Part shown: positions 24,194-34,020 of the stretch, piece after piece
Position numbering within the stretch: the first letter of the stretch is position 1
Layout of the letters: each line of letters starts with the position of its first letter
Virus genome (UHGV): UHGV-1367746
DNA from: a virus
Reading direction: 5' to 3' (one strand)
Length of the DNA: 39,184 bases
Made by a program: the position numbers and the translations under genes
The notes under the pieces: generated by a model
Seen by the model: the letters and a program-made list of their open reading frames with translations, nothing else
Databases searched by the model: none
What the model was told of the DNA's origin: nothing

Positions 24194-26336
24194 TCTTACC
24201 CTCCGTATCAAGCTCACACTTGAAGTTATAAAAACGTCCGACCTCACGCATTGCTTCTTGTGCAATACGGACGACTTCTTCGGCAATCTCCTGAGTACGA
24301 CACGCAATCTGCAATTCGTCGTGAATCCAAGCCATTAGCGCAAAGTCCCCATCCCAACCGTTACCATAACCAGCCTCCTCAAGTTTCTTCTCCGTCAGAA
24401 CCATCCAGTGCTTACAGACTACCGCACCATCACCTTGAAGTAATGCGTTCAGTGCTGAGTGCGGCGACCGGATGTGGATACGGCGACCATCAAGTCCACG
24501 CAACCAACGGCGTTTCCACTTGACGATATTCTCACCGTCCACCCACTTAGAGTCTGAGATTAACGTATTACTCACAGCTTCCCTGAGGTCTTTGATGGCT
24601 GGTGTACCCTCAATGAATTTCTTCATGAGAGCTGAACCTTCCTTCTTCCCACCGCCTACTATCAGTCCAATCTTAGCGGCCCCTGCACCATACAGGAACG
24701 CATAGATGAACGTCTTAGCGTTGTCACGGAAAGCATCATGGTCGTGGCTCGACTTATCGCGTGGGACGTTAGGTGCTAACCCAGCGTTTACTGCGTTGGC
24801 CCAGTGGATGTCACCTTCGACCACAGTCTTCGCATATGCACCACCATCAAACGGAGCCGCTCTGTTCCCAAGACAACGAAGCTCAAGACCTGAAGCATCC
24901 ACACCCACTTGAATCCAAGGGTCTGGCTTACCATCCGTCTTGTTCCAAGCTGCACCGAAAGCACCACGGCAAATCTCACCATACGGAGCACCGTTAGCAG
25001 GGACCTGAGCCATGTTTGGTGAACTGTGAGTCGCACGTCCGGTTACTGCCCCGCATGGGTTGATTGAACCGTGCATACGTCCGTCTGGACCTACAAGTTT
25101 CAACCATGCGTTCTTACCTTCAGCCGCCTGACCTATGCGCTTCTGGACTACCAGATACTCACGGACCAGCTCTACGCAAGCCTGAGCCTCTGCGTCTGGC
25201 AACTTAACGTGTTCTAACGTCTCGTCATCGACTACAGGTTTCCCTGTGTCAGTGAAGTCCACAGGCTCCCAGCCCCGCTCCATCAAGACTTTCGCTAAGT
25301 GGTCTCCGCTTCCCGGATTAAACTCAACGTAGGTGATAGGTGTGAACGGTGCTCCCTCCATCGTGTCTCGCGTATCGCGTTCACAAGGTTCAAGACCTAA
25401 GCGTTGAGCTTTGTTCTTCGGCTTCTTAAAGATGCCACCTACCTTAGGGTACACGACTCGCGGATACTTCGGAAGGTCCTTGCCTGTCCGTGGGTGCTTG
25501 AAGAACTCCTTGCCTCCCTTTGGTGCGTACCAGCTACCGAAAGTCGAACGCAGCTTGTCCAGCAACTCTGCACGTTTGACGGTGAGTTCACGATATAAGC
25601 CTTCGACCATCTCGATGTTCATCGGATATCCGTTACGTTCCATCTTCGCACAGGTCCACGCAGCATCATGTTCCAGACGCAACGCATAAATCTGGTCGAA
25701 AGCGAACTGTTCAGACTGGAAGTAATACTTGTCAGTCAGGAACTTCTTGAACAAAGCCAGTGTTACCACAACGTCTTGAACGTTATAGTCCAGCATCTCC
25801 TGAGACGGGAACAACCATTCGTCCCCAGCCTTATATTTGATACCTTCAGCCTTGCATTTGGCAACGTAATCATGCTTGTACTCACCCTTCATCTCACCAA
25901 GACGATAACCCCAAGCCTCAAGAGACTGGCGTCCCATCATCTGAGGCGGCAGACGACCAGCTTTCACCGCTCCCATGTCTGAGAACTTGATGTTTGGATA
26001 CATCAAGCGTCCCAGCACCAATGTATCAATCATCTTGTGTTTCGGGAAGTTAAAACGTTTCCCAAAGTACAGACGCTTCAGCTTGTCGATAGCCGGTACG
26101 TCATAGTTGATACCGTTGTGAAATACCAGCATACCATCAGGCGATGCGGCAATCTCTTCCACTTTATGAACATACTCTTTGAAGCCACCGACGATACCGA
26201 CCATCGGAGCTACCCCATACTTAAGGGTCTCATTCGACTCGGCGTTAATCAGGACCCCACAGTGAAACTGGGAGACTGTATCAAGGAGACCGTTGGTCTC
26301 GATGTCAGAACCCCAGATACTCTTAAGGTCAAACAT
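24165..26336 (-). CDS. DNA polymerase (gp5-like, family A) with thioredoxin-binding loop
   Basis: Strong similarity to T7 gp5 throughout (DIE.N.LL, YNVQDVVVT, SWY.PKGG.E.F.HPRTGK.LPKYPR, KVGGIFKKPKNKAQR, GAVTGRATH, PWVQ.G.DASGLELRCL, DNAKTFIY.FLYGAG, VHDE.Q, LDTEGK.GP.W..CH); start set at ATG 26336 (GGAGG RBS) rather than the ORF-track start 26372. Confidence 0.95.
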   Translation of the reverse strand: MFDLKSIWGSDIETNGLLDTVSQFHCGVLINAESNETLKYGVAPMVGIVGGFKEYVHKVEEIAASPDGMLVFHNGINYDVPAIDKLKRLYFGKRFNFPKHKMIDTLVLGRLMYPNIKFSDMGAVKAGRLPPQMMGRQSLEAWGYRLGEMKGEYKHDYVAKCKAEGIKYKAGDEWLFPSQEMLDYNVQDVVVTLALFKKFLTDKYYFQSEQFAFDQIYALRLEHDAAWTCAKMERNGYPMNIEMVEGLYRELTVKRAELLDKLRSTFGSWYAPKGGKEFFKHPRTGKDLPKYPRVVYPKVGGIFKKPKNKAQRLGLEPCERDTRDTMEGAPFTPITYVEFNPGSGDHLAKVLMERGWEPVDFTDTGKPVVDDETLEHVKLPDAEAQACVELVREYLVVQKRIGQAAEGKNAWLKLVGPDGRMHGSINPCGAVTGRATHSSPNMAQVPANGAPYGEICRGAFGAAWNKTDGKPDPWIQVGVDASGLELRCLGNRAAPFDGGAYAKTVVEGDIHWANAVNAGLAPNVPRDKSSHDHDAFRDNAKTFIYAFLYGAGAAKIGLIVGGGKKEGSALMKKFIEGTPAIKDLREAVSNTLISDSKWVDGENIVKWKRRWLRGLDGRRIHIRSPHSALNALLQGDGAVVCKHWMVLTEKKLEEAGYGNGWDGDFALMAWIHDELQIACRTQEIAEEVVRIAQEAMREVGRFYNFKCELDTEGKIGPTWKECH

Positions 26337-26354
26337 GGTTAATCCTCCGTTTAG

Positions 26355-26379
26355 TCTAATCATAAAGGCCACTCTATGT
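26355..26379 (-). promoter_or_regulatory. Conserved RNA hairpin (candidate RNase III site) upstream of DNA polymerase gene
   Basis: Minus RNA AAGGUCAUUC-ACAUA-GAGUGGCCUU, 10-bp stem; same stem core as hairpins at 3628, 33421, 37443. Confidence 0.5.
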
Positions 26380-26399
26380 GAATGACCTTGAGTTTAGAC

Positions 26400-26564
26400 C
26401 TATAAGTCTGTACGCAAGAAGTGATACATAAACTTACGGTTAGCTTTCTTCCATGCCTTAGAGTCGAACCTCTGGTCTCCCAGAATGTTGGACAGGCAGG
26501 TTGCTGCGTCGCTCCACCATTTGTACATGAACCGATGGTAGCGAGCTTTAAGTTTTCTTAGCAT
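26400..26564 (-). CDS. Small hypothetical protein (54 aa) between primase-helicase and DNA polymerase
   Basis: ATG at 26564 with CAGGAG RBS 6 nt upstream; the longer ORF-track form (to 26639) overlaps the gp4 3' end. Confidence 0.5.
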   Translation of the reverse strand: MLRKLKARYHRFMYKWWSDAATCLSNILGDQRFDSKAWKKANRKFMYHFLRTDL

Positions 26565-26617
26565 TATTTCTCCTGTCTGAATCGTTGAGTTCTTGCCACT
26601 CGTCGAATGACTCCCAG

Positions 26618-28602
<1,985 letters not shown>

Positions 28603-28626
28603 TGAGTTGTTCTCCTTTAGAGTTTA

Positions 28627-29085
28627 TTAACCACGGTCGGAAGTGACCAGTTCGTTGGTAGATAGCCAGCGTTGCAAGTCAAAACTTGGACACGCCTTCG
28701 GTGCCACGTCATGGTGTGCTTTGATTTCTGCCTGAGGATACAGGACCTTCAGGTCAGCCAGCTTGTTGCGCAGGGAGTTCATCTGGGCTGGAGTGAAGTT
28801 AGCTTCAAACTGACCCTTAGCGTCTATTCCACCTACAAGGCAGACGCCTACAGACCGTGAGTTCCAGTCCTTAACATGTGACCCTACGACATTGACCGGG
28901 CGGCCCTCTTCCACAGTACCGTCACGTTTGATGATAAAGTGGTAGCCTACGTCCAGCCATCCTTGCTGCTTGTGCCACATACGGATGGTCTCTACCCCGA
29001 TGTCCATCTCTGGCTTGGTAGCCGAACAGTGAACGAAGATAGCGTCAGTACGGGACCGTGGGTTGAACTGTACCTTACTTACCAT
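28627..29085 (-). CDS. T7 lysozyme-like N-acetylmuramoyl-L-alanine amidase (gp3.5-like)
   Basis: 152 aa; very high similarity to T7 gp3.5 (VQF..R..TDAIFVHCSATKP, WH..QGWLDVGYHFIIKRDGTVE.GR, GVCLVGGID.KG.F.ANFTPAQM.SLR, AHH.VAPKACPSFDL.RW...NELVTSDRG). Confidence 0.95.
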   Translation of the reverse strand: MVSKVQFNPRSRTDAIFVHCSATKPEMDIGVETIRMWHKQQGWLDVGYHFIIKRDGTVEEGRPVNVVGSHVKDWNSRSVGVCLVGGIDAKGQFEANFTPAQMNSLRNKLADLKVLYPQAEIKAHHDVAPKACPSFDLQRWLSTNELVTSDRG

Positions 29086-29533
29086 TGTACACCACCAATT
29101 CTACGACCACCAGATTCAGGTGCTGGGTGAAGCGTTGTGCGTCCGTGGTGTGCATCTGGAGACGCTTATGGTTGAAGACGTGTGAGTTGCTAATCTTCAC
29201 GTAAACTTCTTCAGGCTTTCCGTGGACGATGAACGTCTGACCTACACCAATCTTGTCGATTGTCAGGACTTCACGCTTCACAGTCACAGGCGGTACGCTA
29301 GAAGCTGGCAGGACCTGAGGCTGTTCAACAACTTCTACACTGTAGGTCTCGTGACCATTCCAGCTGGTAGTCTCCCCAATGTAATCCTCAGGATGCCACC
29401 CCTTCTCCACAATTACGCTATGGTCTTCTCGCTTTTCAAAAACAGCATCAGTGAATTGGGGGTTATTCATCAGTGTGTTCTTTGAGAATCTGTAACGTGT
29501 TCCAACTTCAAGGTCTTTACAGGTAATCATCAC
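29075..29533 (-). CDS. Hypothetical protein (ORFan inserted between endonuclease I and lysozyme genes)
   Basis: 152 aa ORF filling the gene 3 / gene 3.5 junction, which is not occupied in T7; no recognised motif. Confidence 0.6.
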   Translation of the reverse strand: MMITCKDLEVGTRYRFSKNTLMNNPQFTDAVFEKREDHSVIVEKGWHPEDYIGETTSWNGHETYSVEVVEQPQVLPASSVPPVTVKREVLTIDKIGVGQTFIVHGKPEEVYVKISNSHVFNHKRLQMHTTDAQRFTQHLNLVVVELVVYNGK

Positions 29534-29982
29534 TTAACTCCTTTCTTCTTAGGGATGAGGATGCCGGAAGGAAGACGTACAGTCACCTCCCTCAGCCACT
29601 CAACTGGGATAAACTTGTCGGCAAACTTAAAGCCGTTCTTTTCGCACCATGCGCCATACGTGGTCGGAGACCCTTTGTATAACTTGGAGCGGGAACTTGA
29701 GAACACGAACCGTATGTCCAGCTCAGGGTGTTGTTCTCGTACCAGAAGGTGCTTCTTACGGTCATCACTATCGAAGATACCTTTGGTCTCCACGATGATA
29801 CCGTTAGGAAGGATAAAGTCTGGTGTGTACTTGTGGTCGGAAGCCGGAATCACATAGTTGATATAATGGCTTTCGTACTCCGCTTTGACGCCGTTCTGTT
29901 CCAGCCACTGCTGGTTCTTGGCTTCAAGTCCAGAGCGGTAGGCACCCACAGAGTGCCCCCGTTTTGCAGACCATTGGGCCAT
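29530..29982 (-). CDS. Endonuclease I (Holliday junction resolvase, gp3-like)
   Basis: 150 aa; strong similarity to T7 gp3 (GAFRSGLE, YVIPAS.H.YTPDF.LPNGI.VETKG...SDDRKKHLL.REQHPELDIR.VFSSSR.KLYKGSPT.YG..CEK.G.KFADK.IP.EW). Confidence 0.95.
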   Translation of the reverse strand: MAQWSAKRGHSVGAYRSGLEAKNQQWLEQNGVKAEYESHYINYVIPASDHKYTPDFILPNGIIVETKGIFDSDDRKKHLLVREQHPELDIRFVFSSSRSKLYKGSPTTYGAWCEKNGFKFADKFIPVEWLREVTVRLPSGILIPKKKGVK

Positions 29983-30680
29983 TAGAAGTCGTAATCGCCA
30001 CCAGAGTTAGAGTCGTCACCACCTTCGGAACCATCGTCACCGAAGTCATCAGACCCGAAGTCACCATCGGTTGACGCTTTGTAGCCAGTACCGAGGTCTT
30101 CATCATCACCCCAGCCACCATCGCCACCAGCACCATCACCTTTCCACTCCTTCAGTTCTACCAGAAGGCATGACTCAAGCTGGAGCTTAACGCTTGCACC
30201 AGTCGCAGCGTTCCACTTGAACGGCAGGACTTTAAACTTGACCTTCAGTTTGGAGCCAGCGCCAATATTCGGGACGTCACGGATTAACTTAGCATCGGTG
30301 TCGTAGAACCGTAATACTATAGGCTCTGACTTACCATCCTTCAGGTAAGACGCAAAGCATTTAAACTTCAGGGTAACAGTACCGTCACCATTCTCAATCC
30401 ACGGCATGTCGCCTTCTCGTGGTTCAATAGGCTTCTTGCCACGCTGAACCTGAGGTGGGTTCTTCTCGTGGTCTGCGAGTGCTTTCGCATACGCATCGTC
30501 GTGAATCTTCTGTAAGACATCAATCATCTTACGGACCTTCGGGTTGCTCAGGTCGAACGTCAGGTTAACCTTATGCTCACCACGCTCATTAAACTTGGTG
30601 TCTGCTTTGTTCAGCCATGCGTAAGGCTCAACGATACCAGCTACCGGAGTGGTGAAAGTCTTCAGTTGCTCTTTAGCCAT
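29982..30680 (-). CDS. Single-stranded DNA-binding protein (gp2.5-like)
   Basis: 232 aa; similarity to T7 gp2.5 (EPYA, NPP.V.RGKKP, EGDMP, NGDGT.T.KFKC.AS, GSKLKVK, VGASVKLQLES..LVEL) with acidic C-terminal tail ending in F. Confidence 0.95.
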   Translation of the reverse strand: MAKEQLKTFTTPVAGIVEPYAWLNKADTKFNERGEHKVNLTFDLSNPKVRKMIDVLQKIHDDAYAKALADHEKNPPQVQRGKKPIEPREGDMPWIENGDGTVTLKFKCFASYLKDGKSEPIVLRFYDTDAKLIRDVPNIGAGSKLKVKFKVLPFKWNAATGASVKLQLESCLLVELKEWKGDGAGGDGGWGDDEDLGTGYKASTDGDFGSDDFGDDGSEGGDDSNSGGDYDF

Positions 30681-30719
30681 TGGTGTAAATCTCCTAATTT
30701 AAAGTTACGAACTGGACGT

Positions 30720-30742
30720 CTGTCCTACAGTGATAGTTTAGG
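30720..30742 (-). promoter_or_regulatory. Phage RNAP promoter (phi2.5-like), +1 at 30725; single mismatch at -3
   Basis: Minus-strand CCTAAACTATCACTGTAGGACAG upstream of SSB gene. Confidence 0.6.
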
Positions 30743-30896
30743 CCTCAGGACGAATCCGTCCGACCACAAACCCAGCGTCCTCATACTCTTGGGACTTCAA
30801 GGTAGCCTCTTCGAGAGACTTTGCGTACACCGGAACCTCGAAGGACTGAACGCGACCCTCAAGCTCCACGATGTATTTCTTCTCAACCTCAGTCAT
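30738..30896 (-). CDS. Inhibitor of host RNA polymerase (gp2-like)
   Basis: Similarity to T7 gp2 (SFEVP.YA..L.EA, AGF.V.R.RP); start placed at ATG 30896 with AAGGAG RBS (52 aa); ORF track extends to a GTG at 30974. Confidence 0.75.
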   Translation of the reverse strand: MTEVEKKYIVELEGRVQSFEVPVYAKSLEEATLKSQEYEDAGFVVGRIRPEA

Positions 30897-30974
30897 AAAC
30901 CGCGCTCCTTCCATTGGTTGTATAACGTAATGTAGTCCGGGTTGAGAGTCTTCTCGTACATCTCCCGGCACCAC

Positions 30975-31415
30975 TCACTCGGAATCATAGCATTTACCCT
31001 TATGCAGGTCGAACAGCTCCTGATAGAAGGCCGCTTTGTTCAGGTCCTTCTCCATAGTAGCCAGCTCGGACTTCTTGCCAGCTCGTAGTCGATACTTCAG
31101 GACGTTACCCATGCAGAAACCACGGAACTCGCTGACAGTCATGGACCGGGCGATAATCTCAATGGACTCTACGCCGTCAAAGACCTGATAGTGGGATGGC
31201 TTGCGTACAGCGTCGTCACGGACTTCTGGTTTGTCCTGAACAGTATTGGTGATAATTAGTGCGGCTTTACCGTGTTTAACTGGCTCAATAAGCCCAGGCC
31301 ATTTCACCTCTACTGAGTCCCCTGAGTTACATACGCTAAGAACCTTACCATCATAGCGGCCAATAAATTGACTATGCGTCCCAGCGTAGCGAACAACATC
31401 CCCGACCTTAATCAT
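30975..31415 (-). CDS. Nucleotide kinase gp1.7-like
   Basis: 146 aa; C-terminal half closely matches T7 gp1.7 (KPSHY..FD..E.IE.IARSMTV..F.G.C.GN.LKYRLRAGKKSELA..EKDL.KA.FY.ELF..HK.KCY). Confidence 0.8.
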   Translation of the reverse strand: MIKVGDVVRYAGTHSQFIGRYDGKVLSVCNSGDSVEVKWPGLIEPVKHGKAALIITNTVQDKPEVRDDAVRKPSHYQVFDGVESIEIIARSMTVSEFRGFCMGNVLKYRLRAGKKSELATMEKDLNKAAFYQELFDLHKGKCYDSE

Positions 31416-31668
31416 TGACCACCTCCTTCACGAACTCAACGAACAGACGAACACGAGGCCATTTAGTGTAGACCACGGGTACGTTGGTCTCACGCTTCTG
31501 GCGAGCCTCTTCAGCTTTACCCGGAGTAATCAGAGCGAAGACTGTAGGTGACAGCTTAACGGCCTTCCCGAAGTAGCCCAGCTTCTCGTTGCGCTCAATG
31601 CAAGCGAATGGGTTGTTAGACAGGTGGAATGTACTGGTATAACGATTGAACATTAAGTTCTTAAACAT
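31408..31668 (-). CDS. Hypothetical protein (gene 1.6 position)
   Basis: 86 aa ORF directly after a phage promoter with AAGGAGG RBS; synteny only. Confidence 0.55.
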   Translation of the reverse strand: MFKNLMFNRYTSTFHLSNNPFACIERNEKLGYFGKAVKLSPTVFALITPGKAEEARQKRETNVPVVYTKWPRVRLFVEFVKEVVND

Positions 31669-31695
31669 GTCGGCCTCCTTAGGTCGAAGTTATGG

Positions 31696-31718
31696 TTGTC
31701 CTATAGTGATAGCTTAGG
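31696..31718 (-). promoter_or_regulatory. Phage RNAP promoter (phi1.5/1.6-like), +1 at 31701
   Basis: Minus-strand CCTAAGCTATCACTATAGGACAA. Confidence 0.7.
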
Positions 31719-31740
31719 GTCAGGCTGGTGGCCCAGACGA

Positions 31741-31781
31741 TAGCTAGCTAGCACAAAGCAAAGAAACCCAGCAGTCCGAAG
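31741..31781 (-). terminator. TE-like early terminator (intrinsic) after the ligase gene
   Basis: Minus RNA CCCAGUGGUC-UUCG-GACUGCUGGG (10-bp stem, UUCG tetraloop) followed by UUUCUUUGCUUUG; location matches T7 TE after gene 1.3. Confidence 0.7.
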
Positions 31782-31801
31782 ACCACTGGGTTGACGTTTA
31801 G

Positions 31802-32893
31802 TTAGCTCTTAACGGTTGGATTGTCTTCCGTTCCACGCCAGCACTTGAAGCTGGGATGACGGAGTGAGCCATCCGGGAACCGCTCCATGAATAGGACTTC
31901 ACACTGCCAGCCGTGGTAGGGGTTGGTGTCTTCAGGTTCAGACCCGAAGTCTTCAAAGTCCTCACGGAAGCTAATGGTCTGTTTAACCTTAGCTGTGAAC
32001 TCGTCCTTCTGTTCTTCAGTCAGACCACAGGCGTTAACCACCATGCCATCCTCAAGCAGCACCTCGAAGCCAATCACCTTACCTTCGTTCGCCTTACCAG
32101 GAGTCCCCCACACGAGGCCACACACGGTCCCGTCGATGGTCTCCTCAGGCTTCATTTTCCACATGCCAGACTTCTTGCCACGCTTGTATTTACCCAGCGG
32201 GTCCTTGACTACCAGACCCTCATGTCCTTCCAGACGCTTCTGTTCGTACAGGGAGTTGAGCGACTCAAGGTCATAGACCGTGTGAGACTCAGACAGAACC
32301 CAGTCGATTTCCGGGAAGTATTTCTGGAGGAGAGGGACAATAGCTTCGGCCTTCAGGCGAGTGACGCTATGGATGGGACCTTCGGCTTTCGGGTCGTTGA
32401 TGACGTTAAGGTCGATGACCCCGTAGACGACCACTTGTAGGAACTCAGGGCTAATCTGGAATGGAACCTTGTTAGACTTCTTGGTCTCCATATCGGCCTT
32501 AGGGTTAATGTTCCACTTGTAGTTCTTGCGGTCAGACCACATGGTGCGGATAAGACCTGAGGATGTGTTGAAGTCTACACCCTTGACCATCACCTCTCCG
32601 TCAATCATCAGGCCAGAGACTTCATGTCCTGCTTGCTTCAGGAACCATCGCCAGTCGGACGCACGGCATGCTCCGATGTCCTGACCAACTGTTGACAAAT
32701 GGTCTAAGGCCGGAAGCGTCTTTGACTCACGGCTTAACCATTCAGTTCGCCCATCAGGGAAGACCGGAATATTCAACCGCACACCGTCATACTTAACTTC
32801 AGCTTCCAGAGACCCGGCAGCAGCCAGCGCCTTCTTAACGCCAGACTCAGAGTAATCTACAGCGCGGTGCGGGTTAGTTTTGATAGTTGTCAT
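31802..32893 (-). CDS. ATP-dependent DNA ligase (gp1.3-like)
   Basis: 363 aa; strong similarity to T7 ligase (IKTNP, E.KYDGVR, WLSR.SKT.PAL.HL, DGE.MVKGVDFNT.SGL.RT, YFPEI.W, LYEQKR.EGHEGL.VKDP...YKRGKKSG.WKMKPE, GLVWGT.G.ANEGKVIGFEVLLE, PDGSLRHPSF..RGTEDNP). Confidence 0.95.
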   Translation of the reverse strand: MTTIKTNPHRAVDYSESGVKKALAAAGSLEAEVKYDGVRLNIPVFPDGRTEWLSRESKTLPALDHLSTVGQDIGACRASDWRWFLKQAGHEVSGLMIDGEVMVKGVDFNTSSGLIRTMWSDRKNYKWNINPKADMETKKSNKVPFQISPEFLQVVVYGVIDLNVINDPKAEGPIHSVTRLKAEAIVPLLQKYFPEIDWVLSESHTVYDLESLNSLYEQKRLEGHEGLVVKDPLGKYKRGKKSGMWKMKPEETIDGTVCGLVWGTPGKANEGKVIGFEVLLEDGMVVNACGLTEEQKDEFTAKVKQTISFREDFEDFGSEPEDTNPYHGWQCEVLFMERFPDGSLRHPSFKCWRGTEDNPTVKS

Positions 32894-32910
32894 CGTTAAT
32901 GTCTCCAGAA

Positions 32911-33198
32911 TTAAAGGAATCGACCAGTGTAGTCGTTGAACTGTTTGTTAAACCAAGTGGCAACCGCTACGGTCTGCACGTCTTCGTCATGAATATTCGG
33001 GTACTCCGTGAAGTCCTTCTCGATTAGGACCTCTTTCGTATGGCTGTGGACTATAACCACCCGGACGCAGTGCCTGTTCATCACTGGGTCAAACCAAGTG
33101 CTGACCTCTGCATTGTATTCCGTCTCGGTCTGCCAGTTGTGGATGGCTGTACGCAGAGTGTTCAGGTTGCCGCTATGCGCTCTTGAAAACATGCCCAT
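32911..33198 (-). CDS. gp1.2-like protein (T7 gp1.2 is a host dGTPase inhibitor)
   Basis: 95 aa; weak similarity to T7 gp1.2 (N-terminal SGNL, internal HDEDV) plus synteny. Confidence 0.65.
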   Translation of the reverse strand: MGMFSRAHSGNLNTLRTAIHNWQTETEYNAEVSTWFDPVMNRHCVRVVIVHSHTKEVLIEKDFTEYPNIHDEDVQTVAVATWFNKQFNDYTGRFL

Positions 33199-33200
33199 GT

Positions 33201-33381
33201 TTATGCTCCTACGAAGTATTTCTCTTGGTTGACCATAGAGTCTTTGCCTTCAGCGTTACGGAAAGCACCTTTGACACCGCCTCCACGCTTTGTCTTGTTC
33301 AGCTTGCGGCCCTTCGGAATGTAGCCTTCAGTCTTCTGACGTTCACGGATGCGCTCGAAGTTGATAGTGTTCTGATACATG
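33201..33381 (-). CDS. gene 1.1-like small basic protein with apparent frameshift (possible pseudogene or sequence error)
   Basis: ATG at 33381 opens a frame that stops after 12 codons; the adjacent frame encodes ...FERIRERQKTEGYIPKGRKLNKTKRGGG... (matching T7 gp1.1 GRKLNKTKR) but has no in-frame start; removing one C of AACCTTC would fuse them into one 59-aa ORF. Confidence 0.4.
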
Positions 33382-33420
33382 TTGTAGCTCCAGTTGTTTA
33401 GGTTATAGGGTTAATCATGA

Positions 33421-33445
33421 AGGCCACGACTTTAAGTCATGACCT
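33421..33445 (-). promoter_or_regulatory. Conserved RNA hairpin (candidate RNase III site, R1.1-like)
   Basis: Minus RNA AGGUCAUGAC-UUAAA-GUCGUGGCCU, 10-bp stem with 2 G.U; immediately downstream of the promoter at 33457. Confidence 0.5.
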
Positions 33446-33451
33446 TGAGTC

Positions 33452-33474
33452 TAATCCTATAGTGATAGTTTAGG
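33452..33474 (-). promoter_or_regulatory. Phage RNAP promoter (phi1.1-like), +1 at 33457
   Basis: Minus-strand CCTAAACTATCACTATAGGATTA. Confidence 0.75.
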
Positions 33475-33548
33475 TCAACCTCTTCTGCGTTGGATTAAAG
33501 TGAATACTGCTAGTGCTCCCAGCCACAAGGCCAGTAACTGTAGGTGTG

Positions 33549-33764
33549 TCATTTGGTCTGCTCCAGCTTGGACACTGCGTCTTTCAGGTACTTCTCGTGG
33601 CTGGATTCCACAAGATAGACGAGGGTCTTGAATGGGACGTTAAGCTGTTTTGACATCTCGGTAGGAATGACAGTGGTCTTCACCAGACCCTTGCCGTTGT
33701 GTTCTGTTACGGTCACGATTTGAGTCCCGCCCTTAACTCCAGCCTGCTTGTGTGCAAAATTCAT
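33549..33764 (-). CDS. Hypothetical protein (early/class II ORFan)
   Basis: 71 aa ORF downstream of RNAP gene; no recognised homolog. Confidence 0.5.
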   Translation of the reverse strand: MNFAHKQAGVKGGTQIVTVTEHNGKGLVKTTVIPTEMSKQLNVPFKTLVYLVESSHEKYLKDAVSKLEQTK

Positions 33765-33774
33765 AACTCTCTCC

Positions 33775-34005
33775 TTATCTAATCATAGGGAATGACGGAT
33801 ATTGAGTGCGCTCGTCTTCCCTCCACGCGTTAAGCACTTCATCAATCGAGGCTATAAGGTTGTACTCGTTAGGTTGAATCCACCCAGTCACACCTGCTTG
33901 TAATCTTTCGCGGAGAATGACTAAATCCTTATAAGTAAGCTCTACATGGCAACGTCCTGACCCATCGTTGAATGCCTTGTTGTGTGCTACAAGTTTCATT
34001 GACAT
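33775..34005 (-). CDS. Hypothetical protein (early/class II ORFan)
   Basis: 76 aa ORF immediately downstream of RNAP gene; no recognised homolog. Confidence 0.5.
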   Translation of the reverse strand: MSMKLVAHNKAFNDGSGRCHVELTYKDLVILRERLQAGVTGWIQPNEYNLIASIDEVLNAWREDERTQYPSFPMIR

Positions 34006-34020
34006 ATACTTCTCCTGCTG

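Noticed and set aside
33476-33552. 24-aa hydrophobic mini-ORF overlapping the phi1.1-like promoter
   Set aside because: Too short, sits on the promoter and hairpin, and has no RBS; treated as chance.
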